From the NCBI GenBank assembly GCA_951406725.2, contig OX597827.1, positions 6,634,001 through 6,698,000 on the forward strand: a DNA stretch of 64,000 nucleotides, read 5' to 3'. The stretch comes from Octopus vulgaris (taxonomy: Eukaryota). Of this stretch, positions 1 to 12,802 are shown piece by piece (positions within the stretch are counted from its first letter, which is position 1; the number at the start of each line of letters is the position of its first letter). Below the pieces are notes generated by a model. The model was given only the letters and a program-made list of their open reading frames with translations, did not search any database and was not told where the DNA came from. The translations under genes and the position numbers were made by a program.

Positions 1-59
1 ACCAGTCCTCAGTCAAATCATCCAACCCATGCTAGCACGGACAACAGACGTTAAAAACA

Positions 60-90
<31 letters not shown>
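1..90 (+). mobile_element. 3' end of family D SINE-like repeat with (TGA)n tail
   Basis: tccaacccatgctagca...gacgttaaa + (tga)n is the reverse complement of the ends of D copies at 19374 and 63083. Confidence 0.75.
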
Positions 91-91
<1 letters not shown>

Positions 92-349
92 TTGTTTATT
101 TTAAAAGTGACATTGCAGGATAGGAGCAAAAGGCCAGATCTGGGTAGTTTGAATGTAAAACTGATAGAATATTTTGGCTGGATATGGTTGGTTTAAATGC
201 TAAAGGGATAAGTTATTTCTTTAAGCAGTAAACGATAAAAGCACCTCACAACCAATTATGAAAAATGTTGATTAAAAGGCATTGATTTTCCTTGTTTGCA
301 TACCACTATATTTGGTAGTGGAGGACTAAATTTCTCTAACAGCATGTAT

Positions 350-600
350 TTTTACTATCTTTTACTACTTTCAGTCATAGCACTGAGACCATACTGGGGC
401 ACTACTTTTGAGGAGTTTTTAGTTGAACCCATCAGCATATACTTTTTAAGGTCTGATACTTATCTTGTTGGTCTCTCTTCGCGTAACCTCTAAGGTATGA
501 GAATGTAAAGGAATTAACAACGGTTGTCAAGTGGTGGTGTAGAGAGATGACAGAAACAGACACAATGACACATACACACATACACACTCATATAGACACA
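350..600 (-). mobile_element. Degenerate 3' half of family A SINE
   Basis: tttcagtcat...ggtctctcttc...cggttgtcaa aligns loosely to reverse-complemented family A tail. Confidence 0.55.
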
Positions 601-606
601 CACCTA

Positions 607-649
<43 letters not shown>

Positions 650-755
650 ATAATAATATTAGGGAATAAATCCAAACTTACAGGGAAAAATGTATTGGCT
701 TATGTTTTTCACTGTTTGATTTGCCTAATAGTGGTTTTATCTCTAATTTAATATA

Positions 756-800
<45 letters not shown>

Positions 801-801
<1 letters not shown>

Positions 802-1125
802 AATTTAAAATAATAAGGGTGAAAAATTGAATATTAATTTGATTAATATCAATTTAAAACCAGAGGTCTAGCATATTTAAAAATCTGAAGTTTCAGAATA
901 AATTATATTACATACATATAAAAGGGATGACCTGTAAGTGGACATCCATTATGCTAGAAGAAGATCCACTATGGTCTTACCACTAAGAAAAGAATTTTCT
1001 CAAGAAAAATTTAGCATATGCCAGAATGTAATCGAGCAAGACAAATGAAAAGGTACAAAATATAGCAGATCTTTTTCTAGCATAATAGATGTCCACTTAC
1101 AGGTCATCCCTTTTATATGTATGTA
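801..1125 (-). mobile_element. Truncated relative of the 51.2-kb hammerhead element with a 58-bp inverted duplication (PLE-like terminus)
   Basis: 801-1067 is co-linear with the reverse complement of ~51240-51497 (aataagggtgaaaaattgaatattaat...gatccac...ttctcaagaa...gagcaagacaaatgaaaa); arms 909-966 and 1068-1125 are inverted with 2 mismatches. Confidence 0.7.
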
Positions 1126-1359
1126 TGTATGTATACACACAGAGTGTTTTGGCTAAATTTGACGATTTTGATGTTTCTTTCTTCGGGAACAGTTTGATAT
1201 ATTGGTGAATAGTAAATGCATTGGAGAGTGTAAAGATTAAAGTTGTAATAGAGAAAAAATTTAGCTGACATGGAAGACTGCATCATGAGGATTTGTGTCA
1301 GCTATCAAAATGCCAACATCATGACTGCTGCTCAATGCTGTGTAAAGAATATAAAGGCC

Positions 1360-1830
1360 ATAAGACATGACATGGACATCATGAAAACTCGATGCCTCCA
1401 AACCATAATAGTCTTTAGGTGTGTCGCCAGTAAGGATGATGTTATGCCAACACACAGCTTCAAAACAGGGCATTGGGCACAATTCAGAGAGCTATGAGTA
1501 ACTGTGTGGAGACTATGGGTCAATCCCTCTTAGAAGGAGTTGCTGTTGGCAGACCAAATGTTTTGGCAGCGGGATTTGACTCTTTGCAGTACCTCCCAAA
1601 AGAGTCATAAGTGGTTGTCAGATAATTTCTGTAACTTCATCAGCCCCGATTTTTGGCCTCCTAATTCTCCTAATTGTAAACCTATGGATTATTGCATGTT
1701 GGATGCAGCTGAGAAAAAACACCAACTGTTTTGTCTGCAATGCCAAAGCCAAGCTGGTGGCCAAGATCAAGAAGCTGTTTGAAGATTTTCCCAAGGACAC
1801 AATGAGGAATGTGCACACCAAGTTCCATAT
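1360..1830 (+). pseudogene. Tc1/mariner-superfamily transposase relic (DD37D/maT-like catalytic region), frameshifted
   Basis: ORF pieces IIVFRCVASKDDVMPTHSF and WQRD..LCSTS..SHKWLSDNFCNFISPDFWPPNSPNCKPMDY resemble the QQD-APxH and WPPxSPDLNPLDY motifs. Confidence 0.75.
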
Positions 1831-1849
1831 AAATATGTGTTTATATTGA

Positions 1850-2391
1850 GTGCTACTAGTAACATGTAACCCGATACAACCTGTTGCATGGTCGGGTCGT
1901 CGGCGACTAAACCTGCAACCCCACCAAGCTTTCTTGGTGAGGAGGGTATTTATTGGACACCCTGCAGAATGAAAAGCAAAACCCGTCAAAGGGCAGAGGA
2001 ACTCTTGAGAGTCAACGGCCATCCAATAAATGTTTTAAGGCTGTATCATGCACGGGGACATAGAAATAATCGGACTGAATACACAATCATGCTGTTAAAA
2101 ATCATTGCGAGTGAAGGGCTCCTAGCCTTTGTTAGGGCATCCTTCTAGGAGTAGGTAACTCAGGTAACTGGGATAACTGTGACATAAAACCTGTGGCTCA
2201 GTGATTACCGATGATGTTGACTTGTTCTTCTTTTTGGATTATGGCTGCTGTTGCTTAGTAAGTGGGATTGACTCAGTGCATAGCCTTTCCTCACTTTAAA
2301 AAAAAAATCTTCTTGCACAGGCATTGCACGATAACAACATTGATTAAGCTTCGTGCAATGGCCATACTCGATAATGAAGGGGAAGCCACCA
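1850..2391 (+). mobile_element. Non-coding retroelement-like repeat resembling an RTE 5' UTR, ending in a hairpin and (TATG)n tail
   Basis: GC-richer block with gtcgtcggcgactaa and gggcatccttctaggagtaggtaactc motifs; 10-bp inverted repeat 2322-2331/2351-2360 just before the microsatellite. Confidence 0.45.
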
Positions 2392-2597
2392 TGTATGTAT
2401 GTATGTATGCATGCATGCATGTATGTATGTATGTATGTATGTATGTATGTATGTATGTATGTATGTATGTATGTATGTATGCATGTATGTATGTATGCAT
2501 GCATGTATGTATGCAAGCATTTATATATGTATGTATGTATGTATGTATGCATGTATGCATGTATGCATGTATGTATGCATGCATTTATATATGTATG

Positions 2598-2657
<60 letters not shown>

Positions 2658-2975
2658 CATGTATGTATGTATGTATGTATGTATGTATGTATGTATGTAT
2701 GTATGTATGTATGTATGTATGTATGTATGTATGTATGTATGTATGTATGTATGTATGTATGTATGTATGTATGTATGTATGTATGTATGTATGTATGTAT
2801 GTATGTATGTATGTATGTATGTATGCATGCATGCATGCATGTATGTATGTATGTATGTATGCATGCATGTATGTATGTATGTATGTATTTATGTGTGAGT
2901 GTGTGTATGTATGTATGTATGTATTTATGTGTGAGTGTGTGTATGTATGTATGTATGTATGTATGCATGCATGCA
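2391..2975. repeat. (TATG)n microsatellite, ~580 bp
   Basis: Direct reading; source of MYVC/HTYI pseudo-ORFs. Confidence 0.98.
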
Positions 2976-3419
2976 TGAATTCTGCTCTATTTAATTTCCT
3001 TATAAGTACTCCTAAGCTTCTCTATTTTCTGCTCTGGTTACCTGTTTTAACCACCACAAATACCTTCCATTAATGTTTTTCTTGGTTTCAGTTACCAAAG
3101 CTCAACTTTTGTGTTTTCCTATTCCTGTGTATCCACTGTGTCAACTACTAAGAAACATATCCAGTGGCTTTTAATACTATCAGTACTAACAGTTCTATCT
3201 TAGGGCATTGAAACTGCCAGAATCCTTAGAACAATAGCTGAAGGAAGCAAAATTTACAATATTATTCTTTGTTGCTTTTGTCTGTTTTGCATATTGTTTT
3301 TATTGTGTGTCCATTCCTTACATACATGTGTGAGCATGTGCATGTGTATGTGTGTGTACATAGCTCACTCTATCTATATATACATCATATATATTATACA
3401 TACCTATGTGTGTGTTTTT

Positions 3420-3770
<351 letters not shown>

Positions 3771-3771
3771 T

Positions 3772-3802
<31 letters not shown>

Positions 3803-4045
3803 ATAATTTGCTGCTTTTCTTTACACAAACTGAGAAGATACCTTGCGGAACAATCATTATTTTAATGAGTTATATCTTATCACCTGAGGAGACACATCTG
3901 CACCGATGGATGCTCTAAAACCAGTTGTTAACTATACCACCTGTGAGGATTCGGTGATAAATGAGATGAAAGAATTGTAGTCATTAATGAAAATCCTCAT
4001 ATCTTCCATCTTCTGTGTCTCTCATTAATCAAATGTATATATATA

Positions 4046-4257
4046 CAGGGTGGCCAAAAAGTAGGTGTACAATTATCACATAGGCATTTTAAATTTCTTT
4101 TAAAACATTTCATTACATTTAAATTTCCATCTTACAATCAACTAAATTAGCAAAGAATAATGGTTTCATATTCTTTTATAATTAAGATCTAAATTGTTAA
4201 TATATGAAAGTGAAAGAGAAAGTAGAATAACTGTAAGCCTACTTTTGGTCCACCCTG
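4046..4257. mobile_element. Tc1/mariner-type MITE
   Basis: TIRs cagggtggccaaaaagtagg / cctacttttggtccaccctg flanked by TA on both sides. Confidence 0.85.
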
Positions 4258-4357
4258 TATATTCCTAAGACCCAAGTCACATTAGTGACAATTATAATTT
4301 TCCTTTTTGGTGAAAGAGTATAAACTGCTGTTTATATTAATTATATATATGTGTGAA

Positions 4358-4387
4358 TACACACACACACACACACACACACACACT

Positions 4388-4446
<59 letters not shown>

Positions 4447-4447
4447 T

Positions 4448-4499
<52 letters not shown>

Positions 4500-4540
4500 T
4501 ACATGCATAAGCAATCACACACACACACACACACACACAT
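4358..4540. repeat. (CA)n-(GATA)n-(CA)n compound microsatellite
   Basis: Direct reading. Confidence 0.95.
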
Positions 4541-4938
4541 TCAATCACTCCTATCTATCTACATACGTAATTTTGACAGAAATGTATTCATAGTTAGCAT
4601 TAGATGACTGTGAAGAGAAAAAGAACAACTGAAATAAAGAATAACAACTGACATTAGCATTAGGTTATCAGTGAAAATATTTCAATTTCGCTATATTGCA
4701 ATATGAATACTATGTGCATAGGAGAAAATATATAGGAAAAGTAGAAAAGTGTAGATAAAATGTACTTCCATGCTTAACTTTCGACTCCCAATTTTAACTG
4801 ATTGTATTTAAAGAGACCACACTGAAGTGTAATGGTATTAATGTGCTTGGCTCAGTTAAAATTGCTGATTGTATCCTTCAGAATTGCAAATAAAATAAGG
4901 AAAAACAAATATCACCATAAATGCATGCATGTGTATAT

Positions 4939-4942
<4 letters not shown>

Positions 4943-4991
<49 letters not shown>

Positions 4992-5023
4992 CACACAAAC
5001 ATACACACACGTGCACATATCTA

Positions 5024-5058
<35 letters not shown>

Positions 5059-5432
5059 ATATATATACATATATATATATACAGGTATATATATATGTAT
5101 ATATGTACATATATACATGTACATATATCTATATGTACACATGTATATATATACATATATGTATATACATATATATATACATATATATGTATATACATAC
5201 ATCTTTATATATATACATATATATATATTTACATATATATATATATTTGTATACACACACATGTGTATATACAAACATACATATATACACAAATACATAC
5301 ACATACACACATATATATATACATATATATGTATGTATATGTATATATGTATGTATATGTATATATGTATGTTTGTGTATATATGTATATATATATATAC
5401 ACACACACATACACACATACACACACACACAT
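4943..5432. repeat. Compound TA/TATC/TACA low-complexity array
   Basis: Direct reading. Confidence 0.9.
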
Positions 5433-5979
5433 ATTGTCTATTGACATTTTTTGTTGCTGTTGTTGCAGTTGCTATTCTCACCATCAGAATGAACAGACTT
5501 TAGTGTATTGTTGTTAAAAATGAGCAAATAGCCTTGATCATCTTGATAGGCTTAGCTTTCACAGAGTTCTCATCTCATCACAAAGCTTCTATTCAGACAG
5601 TGTTGATAAACTGGGTTAAAAAAAATAGCAATATAATATTAAAAGAAAATATTTTTTCTAAACCTTGAACCTGCTTTGAATACGTTAGCAAATCTTTGTT
5701 GATATTCCATCTTATTTATCATTTCATAATCCAGTTTGTCTATTTTAACCCATTTATGCTTTTCCGCCTTTGTTGTTTTAAAGGAGTAAAGAATTGTACA
5801 TATTTTTCTTGAATTCAGGCTGGCAAAAAACATGCTCTATATCACTTTATACTTCTTCTATGTCATAGGGTTGCATATAGTACTGTCTTAAGAGAATGGT
5901 AAATTTGACAGTTGCCCAAGGGCTTGATAAGTCAAGAAACCCAATTCTAATCTATGTAAACAGTTGATATGTTGTTCGT

Positions 5980-6220
5980 TCCTTCTTGAGCCACGCCTGG
6001 CTCATAGGGCCAGTTTCCCGGTTTCCTTGGCATATAGGTTTCCCACCTGGACAGGAGGCTGGTCCATCACAGGTGAGCTGCAAGATGCAGGAGGAAAGAG
6101 TGAGAGAAAGTTGTGATGAAAGAGTCAGCAGAAGTTCACCGTTACCTTCCACCACAGCTGCATGGAGCTTAGGTGTTACGCTCACAAACACACACATCAC
6201 CTGGTCTGAGATTCAAACCT
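5980..6220 (-). mobile_element. Family B SINE (body X, tail B2), 5'-truncated
   Basis: ctcatagggccagtttcccggtttc and gagaaagttgtg...ggagcttaggtg are reverse matches to the copy at 52742. Confidence 0.7.
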
Positions 6221-6239
6221 ATGCATGTATGTGTATATG

Positions 6240-6450
6240 TGTGTGTGTGTGTGTCTGTGTTTGTCCCCCAAACATCACTTGACAACCGATCCCAGTGTGT
6301 TTATGTCCCCGTATTTTAGTGGTTCAGCAAAAGAGACCGATAGAATAAGTACTAGACTTACAAAGAATAAGTCCTGGGGTCGATTTGCTCGAATAAAGGC
6401 GGTGCTCCAGCATGGCCGCAGTCAAATTATTGAAACAAGTAAAAGAGCAT
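6240..6450 (+). mobile_element. Family A SINE, 3' half
   Basis: gtttgtcccc...aaagagaccgatagaataagtact...ccagcatggccgcagtcaaa...gaaacaagtaaaagag. Confidence 0.85.
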
Positions 6451-6855
6451 AAATTTCTTTGTCATGACGGTTGCTTGATTTTCTGCTCCTTTAATACTCA
6501 ACCATCTGATGACCAATGAAAATACATAAAAATACACACACGTGCACATATCTATATCTATCTATCTATCTATTAACATCCAAATGCAAACTGTCTATCT
6601 TGTTCTCTATGATTGTATTTACTTATCCATGTGTGCGTGTGTGTGTGTGTGTACATATCTATATATCTGTATATATAATATATACATTATGTACCTCCTG
6701 CCAACTGGTCTATAGATACATATATATATATTTACATATATATATATATTTGTATACACACACATGTGTATCTTCCTGACTAACCATAACCAACAGCTAC
6801 ATTAAATATATGATATATATATATATATGTTTGTATATGTATGTATGTATGTATG

Positions 6856-6902
<47 letters not shown>

Positions 6903-7103
6903 GTGTATATATATATTACATTTACAGATAAATTTCTCTATTCAAATAATATCGAGGCCTCTTGCATTCTTTTGTTGTCTTACCATTTCTATCAAATATA
7001 TATATAAATGTAAATATATGTCTGTGGTATACATGTATATGTATATATATGTGTGTGTGTGTATATATATGTATATGTATATGTGTGTGTGTGTGTGTCT
7101 GTG

Positions 7104-7164
<61 letters not shown>

Positions 7165-7221
7165 ATATTACACAAGCACACATTTACTCATACATGCATG
7201 CATGTGCATTTATATATATTC

Positions 7222-7431
7222 TTTATTCTTTTACTTGTTTCAATCATTTGACTGCAGCCATGCTGGAGCACTGCTTTTAGTTGAAAAAAATCGACCCCAG
7301 GACTTATTCTTTGTAAGCCTAGTACTTATTCTATCGGTCTCTTTTGCTAAACTGCTAAGTTACGGGGATGTATACACACCAACATCAGTTGTCAAGGGAT
7401 GCTGGGGTGACAAACACAGACATAAATACAT

Positions 7432-7482
<51 letters not shown>

Positions 7483-7630
7483 TATATGATGAGCTTCTTT
7501 CAGTTTCTGTCTACTAACTCTACTTACAAGGCTTCAGTTGGCCCATGGCAGAAGATACTTGCCCAAGGTGCTACACAGTGTGACTGAACCTGTAACCATG
7601 TGGTTAAGAAGCAATCTTCTTACTACACAC
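7222..7630 (-). mobile_element. Family A SINE
   Basis: Reverse complement of the full A unit incl. internal (CA)n. Confidence 0.85.
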
Positions 7631-7902
7631 ACACACACACATGCATATGCCTACATAAGCACACTCACACACAAACCCATGTGCACACACACATACACAC
7701 ATATTTTAATTCTTGTGATAATTACTTCCAGTCGGCAGCAAACTTCTGCAGTAGCTTGAGAGGCATAAGGTATTAGTGTGAAACCATGGTAACGAAATAA
7801 CTACAACACGAAGCATTTATACGATGAAACCACAACTCTATCTGCAAAAGAATATTGAGCACTTCTGTATTTCAATGGGAAAAAACCAACCATGTTTGTA
7901 AT

Positions 7903-7922
7903 TATGTATGTATGTATGTATG

Positions 7923-7956
<34 letters not shown>

Positions 7957-8180
7957 TGTATGTATGTATGTATGTATGTATGTATGTATGTATGTGTGTA
8001 TGTATGTATGTATGTATGTATGTATGTATGTATGTATGTATGTATGTATGTATGTATGTGTGTATGTATGTGTGTATGTATGTGCATATGTATGTATGTA
8101 TGTATGAATGTATGTACGTATGTATGTATGTATGTATGTATGCATGCATGTGTGTATGCGTGTTTGTATGTATGCATCTA
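7903..8180. repeat. (TATG)n microsatellite
   Basis: Direct reading. Confidence 0.95.
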
Positions 8181-9272
8181 TGTAAATAAGTATGTATTTA
8201 CATACGCACACACATAATTATATACAGAAAATTGATCATAAAAAATTGAAATTCCATCTGTTCTTCAGAGTGAATGCTGATTTTGAAAATAAATTATATA
8301 ATATCAAATGAAATGAAAGCTAGAAGATAAATAATATATTTAAAAAAGATAAACGTTGATATTTTTCTGTTCATTTTTTTTTTATAGATTGCATTTATGT
8401 TTTTTCCTTGTTTTTTTTTTTCAAGTTTTAGAAAATCCTTTTGTTATTTATAAGAACTTTTGATAGTTGCTAATTACTTTTCAATTTTTTCTAAGGAAAA
8501 AATACCAAAGAAAGTCAACAAGGTTTGATGAATATATAAATGCACTTATGTTATCACCATTATCATAAACTTTGATTCAATAGAAAACGGAAATAGATTT
8601 TCTACAACTATATAATTTCTATAAGAATGACAAAAACAAAAAAAAAAAATGCTTTTGTTATTGTCGTCTTTATATCTAATGTCTTTCAGAGATATCAGAT
8701 ATTTTAGCAGTTTCTATGACATTCTTTGGTAGCAGAAACAAATACAATAAGTCATAAATATCAAACAAACAAAAAACAAAATAAGAAAAAGTAATAAAAG
8801 AAAATATCAAGATATTTTATTGAAAAGCATGTTGCCTTGTAGCAAATGAAGAAGAAAGTAATGATGAAGAATTTATGATTAGAAATAAAAATAAAAGTAT
8901 AACTTCATGTGTATTTTCTTCCTCCAGAAAAATGTTGGGAAATAACAAAAAAAATTGTTGATCTATATATAGCATATGAAGCCTTTCATTAGATGAGAAA
9001 CATTAAATGATATCGTTGAGAAGAATCAAATCAACTGATTTTTAGAACTGTAAGAAAAAAAAAAATTACTGAAAAAAAAAACTGAACAAAAATCATTGAT
9101 ATTTCATATTTTTGGCAATACGTTTAACAAATTAACCTTCCCAATTGCCAGCTTCTCTCTTTCTCTGATTCTCCCTCTCTCAGTCTCCACTTCTTCTTTC
9201 TCATTGCTGTATTCATCTCTTTTGTCATATCAATTAATCTTTCTGTCTCTTTTACTTGTCACATCTTCATAT

Positions 9273-9356
<84 letters not shown>

Positions 9357-9359
<3 letters not shown>

Positions 9360-9581
9360 AGGCACAATGGCCCAGTCGTTAGGGCAGAAGACTCGCGGGC
9401 GTAGGATCGCAGTTTCGATTCCCAGGGGGGGGTGATCCCTGCTGTACTCTTTCACCACTCTTTCCTCTGTTGGCCTGCTTGCTTAGCCAGCGGGTTGGCA
9501 TCATTCGAAGGCTAAAACAATGCAAACGCATTGTGACCAGCGATGTGTAACAACATCTGATGGTCTAGTCGGTCAGGTGAT

Positions 9582-9585
<4 letters not shown>
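9357..9585 (+). mobile_element. Family B tRNA-derived SINE (internally deleted body X, tail B3)
   Basis: Head tggcccagtcgttagggcag...gtttcgattccc (Pol III A/B boxes); tail gcttagccagcgg...tgtgaccagcgatgtgt shared with 19772-19892(-). Confidence 0.8.
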
Positions 9586-9623
<38 letters not shown>

Positions 9624-9629
9624 ATCATA

Positions 9630-9830
9630 TGGGCGTGGCTGTGTGGTAAGAAGTTTGCATCTTAACCTCATGGTTCTGGGTTCAATTCCACTGCATGGTA
9701 CCTTGGGCAAGTGCTTTCTGCTGTAGCTTCAGGGTGACCAAGTCCTTGTGAATGAATTTGGTAGACAGAAACTGAAAGAAGCCCATTGTATACATGTATG
9801 TATGTATGTATGTGTGTGTGTATGTGTGTG
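9630..9830 (+). mobile_element. Family A SINE, 5' half
   Basis: tggctgtgtggtaag...ccttgggcaagtg...gaaactgaaagaagccc. Confidence 0.8.
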
Positions 9831-10017
9831 TTTCTAGCCTTGTGCCTGTATTGGAAGAGATAATTTTGGTGCATGGTCAGCTAGAAATTTTGAGGAAGGG
9901 GCTAGTCACTTGCATCGGCCTCAGTGCTCAACTGGTACATTTTTATCCATTCCGATGGGATGAGGGGCAAGGTCGGCCACGGGGGAAATTTGAACTTAGA
10001 ATGTTAAGTACAGATTG

Positions 10018-10172
10018 ATGGCGAAAGAGTCAGCAGAAGTTCGCCAATACCTTCTGCTGGAGCCACATGGAGCTTAGGTATTTTGCTCATAAACACACAC
10101 ATCGCCTGGTCTGAGATTCGAACCCATGATCCCTTGACCGCTAGTCCGCTGCTCTAACCACTAGGCCATGTG
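10018..10172 (-). mobile_element. Family B SINE head fragment
   Basis: gagattcgaaccc...gctgctctaaccactaggccatgtg = reversed tRNA-like head. Confidence 0.7.
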
Positions 10173-10319
10173 GAAAGAAGAAAGAAATGCATTGCTAGTA
10201 TATAGAATACAAAACCTTCTACCTGCTACTCACCCCAATTAGAATGGTTTTAAAAGATAAATTTGAGAAGGCTGAATCTAAATTAGTATGGACCTACCTG
10301 TATAGCAAACATTGATTTC

Positions 10320-10525
10320 AGATTTTGGCACAAAGTCATCAATTTCAGGGGAGGGGTAAGTCAGATATATTGACACCCAGTGCTCAGTTAGTACTTATTT
10401 TATCAACCCCGAAAGGATGAAAGGCCAAGTCGACCTTGGTGGAATTTGAATGTAGAACGTAAAGATGGATGACCTGTCACTAAGCATTTAGCCCTGCATG
10501 CTAACAATTCTGCCAGCTTGACATC
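10320..10525 (-). mobile_element. Family C SINE (older variant)
   Basis: ccccgaaaggatgaaaggc..gtcgacc...ggaatttgaa...aattctgccagct. Confidence 0.75.
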
Positions 10526-10544
10526 TTACAGCTAATATTGGCAT

Positions 10545-10721
10545 AGGTGTAGTTGGTTCTGGGGGCAGAGTGGGTAGTCTACACCAGAGAAACACTTTTA
10601 TGGGGTAGCACTTTGGGGTTGCTGTACAAGTTTATACAGACTGTTTGCAGAAAGAAGGGTAGGGTAGGCAGCAAACTCTCAGGGGTTGCCCTGGATAGCA
10701 CGCACTCTAGCTAAGCTACTG
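10545..10721. mobile_element. Possible degenerate hAT-type MITE
   Basis: GC-richer island ending ctagctaagctactg, resembling a cagtggcgtagctag-type TIR; left end poorly preserved. Confidence 0.35.
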
Positions 10722-11009
10722 GATCTTGTCTTGTAGAGGGTCAGCATCTGATGAAATCTAATCAGCTTCCTAACCTCAGAAAGCAAGGTTAGCAGTTTTA
10801 ATTGTTTTGTACATCAAAAATTCTGGGAAAAGGCTATAGTAGAAGACATTTGCCCAAGGTGCCACACTATGGGATTGAACTTTGGGAGGCAAATTTCTAA
10901 CTACACAGCTATGCTTGCACATGGAATGATATTCCTCAGCACATTTCCTTGACTCTTAACAACCAAATTAATCCTGTACCTTATATCATTTCTCGACAAT
11001 TCGGTTTAA

Positions 11010-11229
11010 CCCTTTTGTTACCATATTTATTTTGAGATGCTCTGTGTTTCTTTCAATTACTTTAAATATAACAAAGAATTTAGTAAAATAACTTAGTTAC
11101 CATTAAGTTAGTGTTAGGAACATAAATTGTGACTAAGGTTTGGTGGAAGATTTTAATTCAAAACTTATGAAAACAAGACATTTGTACTCAGAGCCAGAGC
11201 TGGCTTCAGCCGGGTTGGTAACAAAAGGG
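11010..11229. mobile_element. piggyBac-type MITE
   Basis: TTAA-cccttttgttacca ... tggtaacaaaaggg-CTAA: perfect 14-bp TIR, TTAA target with one mutation. Confidence 0.85.
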
Positions 11230-11664
11230 CTAAATAAAGGTAAACAATTTCACCAAATTAATTTGCTGCAAATATTTTAGAGTAATAAGGACGTGTTTAT
11301 TAGTTTCTTATTGATGGATTCTTTTGTCTGGGGAATCATTAAGTTTTGATTCCATTGTATGCATGGTACTTTTTTAGAAGGTGACTTCAACCACAACTTC
11401 ATGATAGCCAAAGACTAAGGAGTGAAATTTGCAAAATGAAAACTGTGTTGAAGCACATCAGTTTTATATATTATGGTGTCTGTGTGTGCATGAGTGTGTG
11501 TATGTGTGTGTGTGTGCGTGTGTGTATGGGGGGGGTGCTAATGAGAAACATGTCTCTTATGCAATTCAGATTATATGTAATAACTAACTTTTAAACAAGA
11601 CAATATTTAATTTTCGACATTTATTGATCTACAGACTGTTTGTTTTTCCACCATCTCTTTATCT

Positions 11665-11920
11665 GTTTCTCTCTCTCTTCTCTCTCTTCTCTCTCTCTCT
11701 CACTCTCTTTTCACTCTCTCTCTCTCTCTTTGTCTCTTCTTCTCTCTCTCTCTATACATCCCCCTCACACTGTCTTCAGTTCTCTACCTCCTTCTCCCTC
11801 GGCTCCTCTTTCTTTCTCTCTTTCTATCTTCCTCTCTCTCTTCTTTACCCTCTGTCTTTGAGGCCCCTCTCATTGCCCCCACTCTCTCTATATGCCTCTC
11901 TCTCTCTCTCTCTCTCTCTT
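11665..11920. repeat. (CT)-rich low-complexity tract
   Basis: Direct reading. Confidence 0.9.
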
Positions 11921-12180
11921 ATTGGTATCACTAAAATCACTAAAATCATTCTACTATTTTCGTCGCAAAATGTCACCATTTCCAGTATTCAGCATATTTA
12001 ATGTCAGGACTTAAGTTTTTCAATCCATGCATTTATTTTTTGCTCCTCCTGGCTTAAACACACATAGGATATTTTGTTCTCTGTGTGGTTATCAGGCATG
12101 TAATACTGCATGACATCACCAACCATGCATGATCACATTACTGTTATAAATTCCCAGCTGTCACATTGTTTGTTCAGTGG

Positions 12181-12648
12181 AGGTATGATTTGTACTTTGA
12201 ATCAAAATAGATTTCGAAATCTTCCTCCTGTATTGTGTGCCTGTATATTTGGTGAATGGTTTGCCTCTCATATTTTCTCATGGTCGTTTCCTCTAGGCAG
12301 AAAATTTGTTTATTTGTAGAAAATATATGTGAGAGGCTCTTGGCTTTAGCTGATGAATTGTTGGTGATCTGATACAATAAAAATCTATACAATTCGTAGC
12401 GTTGGCAAGCTTAATGGAAAATTACAAAAGAATAAAACAGTTACTGTCATGCTTTAAGCCTAATACATTTATGTCTGAGTGTATATATATATATATATGA
12501 GCACCTATGGGTATACAGAGACATACTCACATATATGTGTATTATTTAGATATTTATTGTTCTCACACACACACATACATATATATTATATTATTTATAT
12601 ACACATATATATGTATATATATATATGTATTATATATGCATACATACG

Positions 12649-12684
<36 letters not shown>

Positions 12685-12746
12685 TATATATATGTACATA
12701 GATATGTATATGTATCAGCATACACACACACATTTACCCAGGTACA

Positions 12747-12802
<56 letters not shown>

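Noticed and set aside
12345-12410. ctgatga-attgt...acaat-aaaa hammerhead-like string
   Set aside because: Lacks G of GAAA and no consistent stems I and III could be drawn
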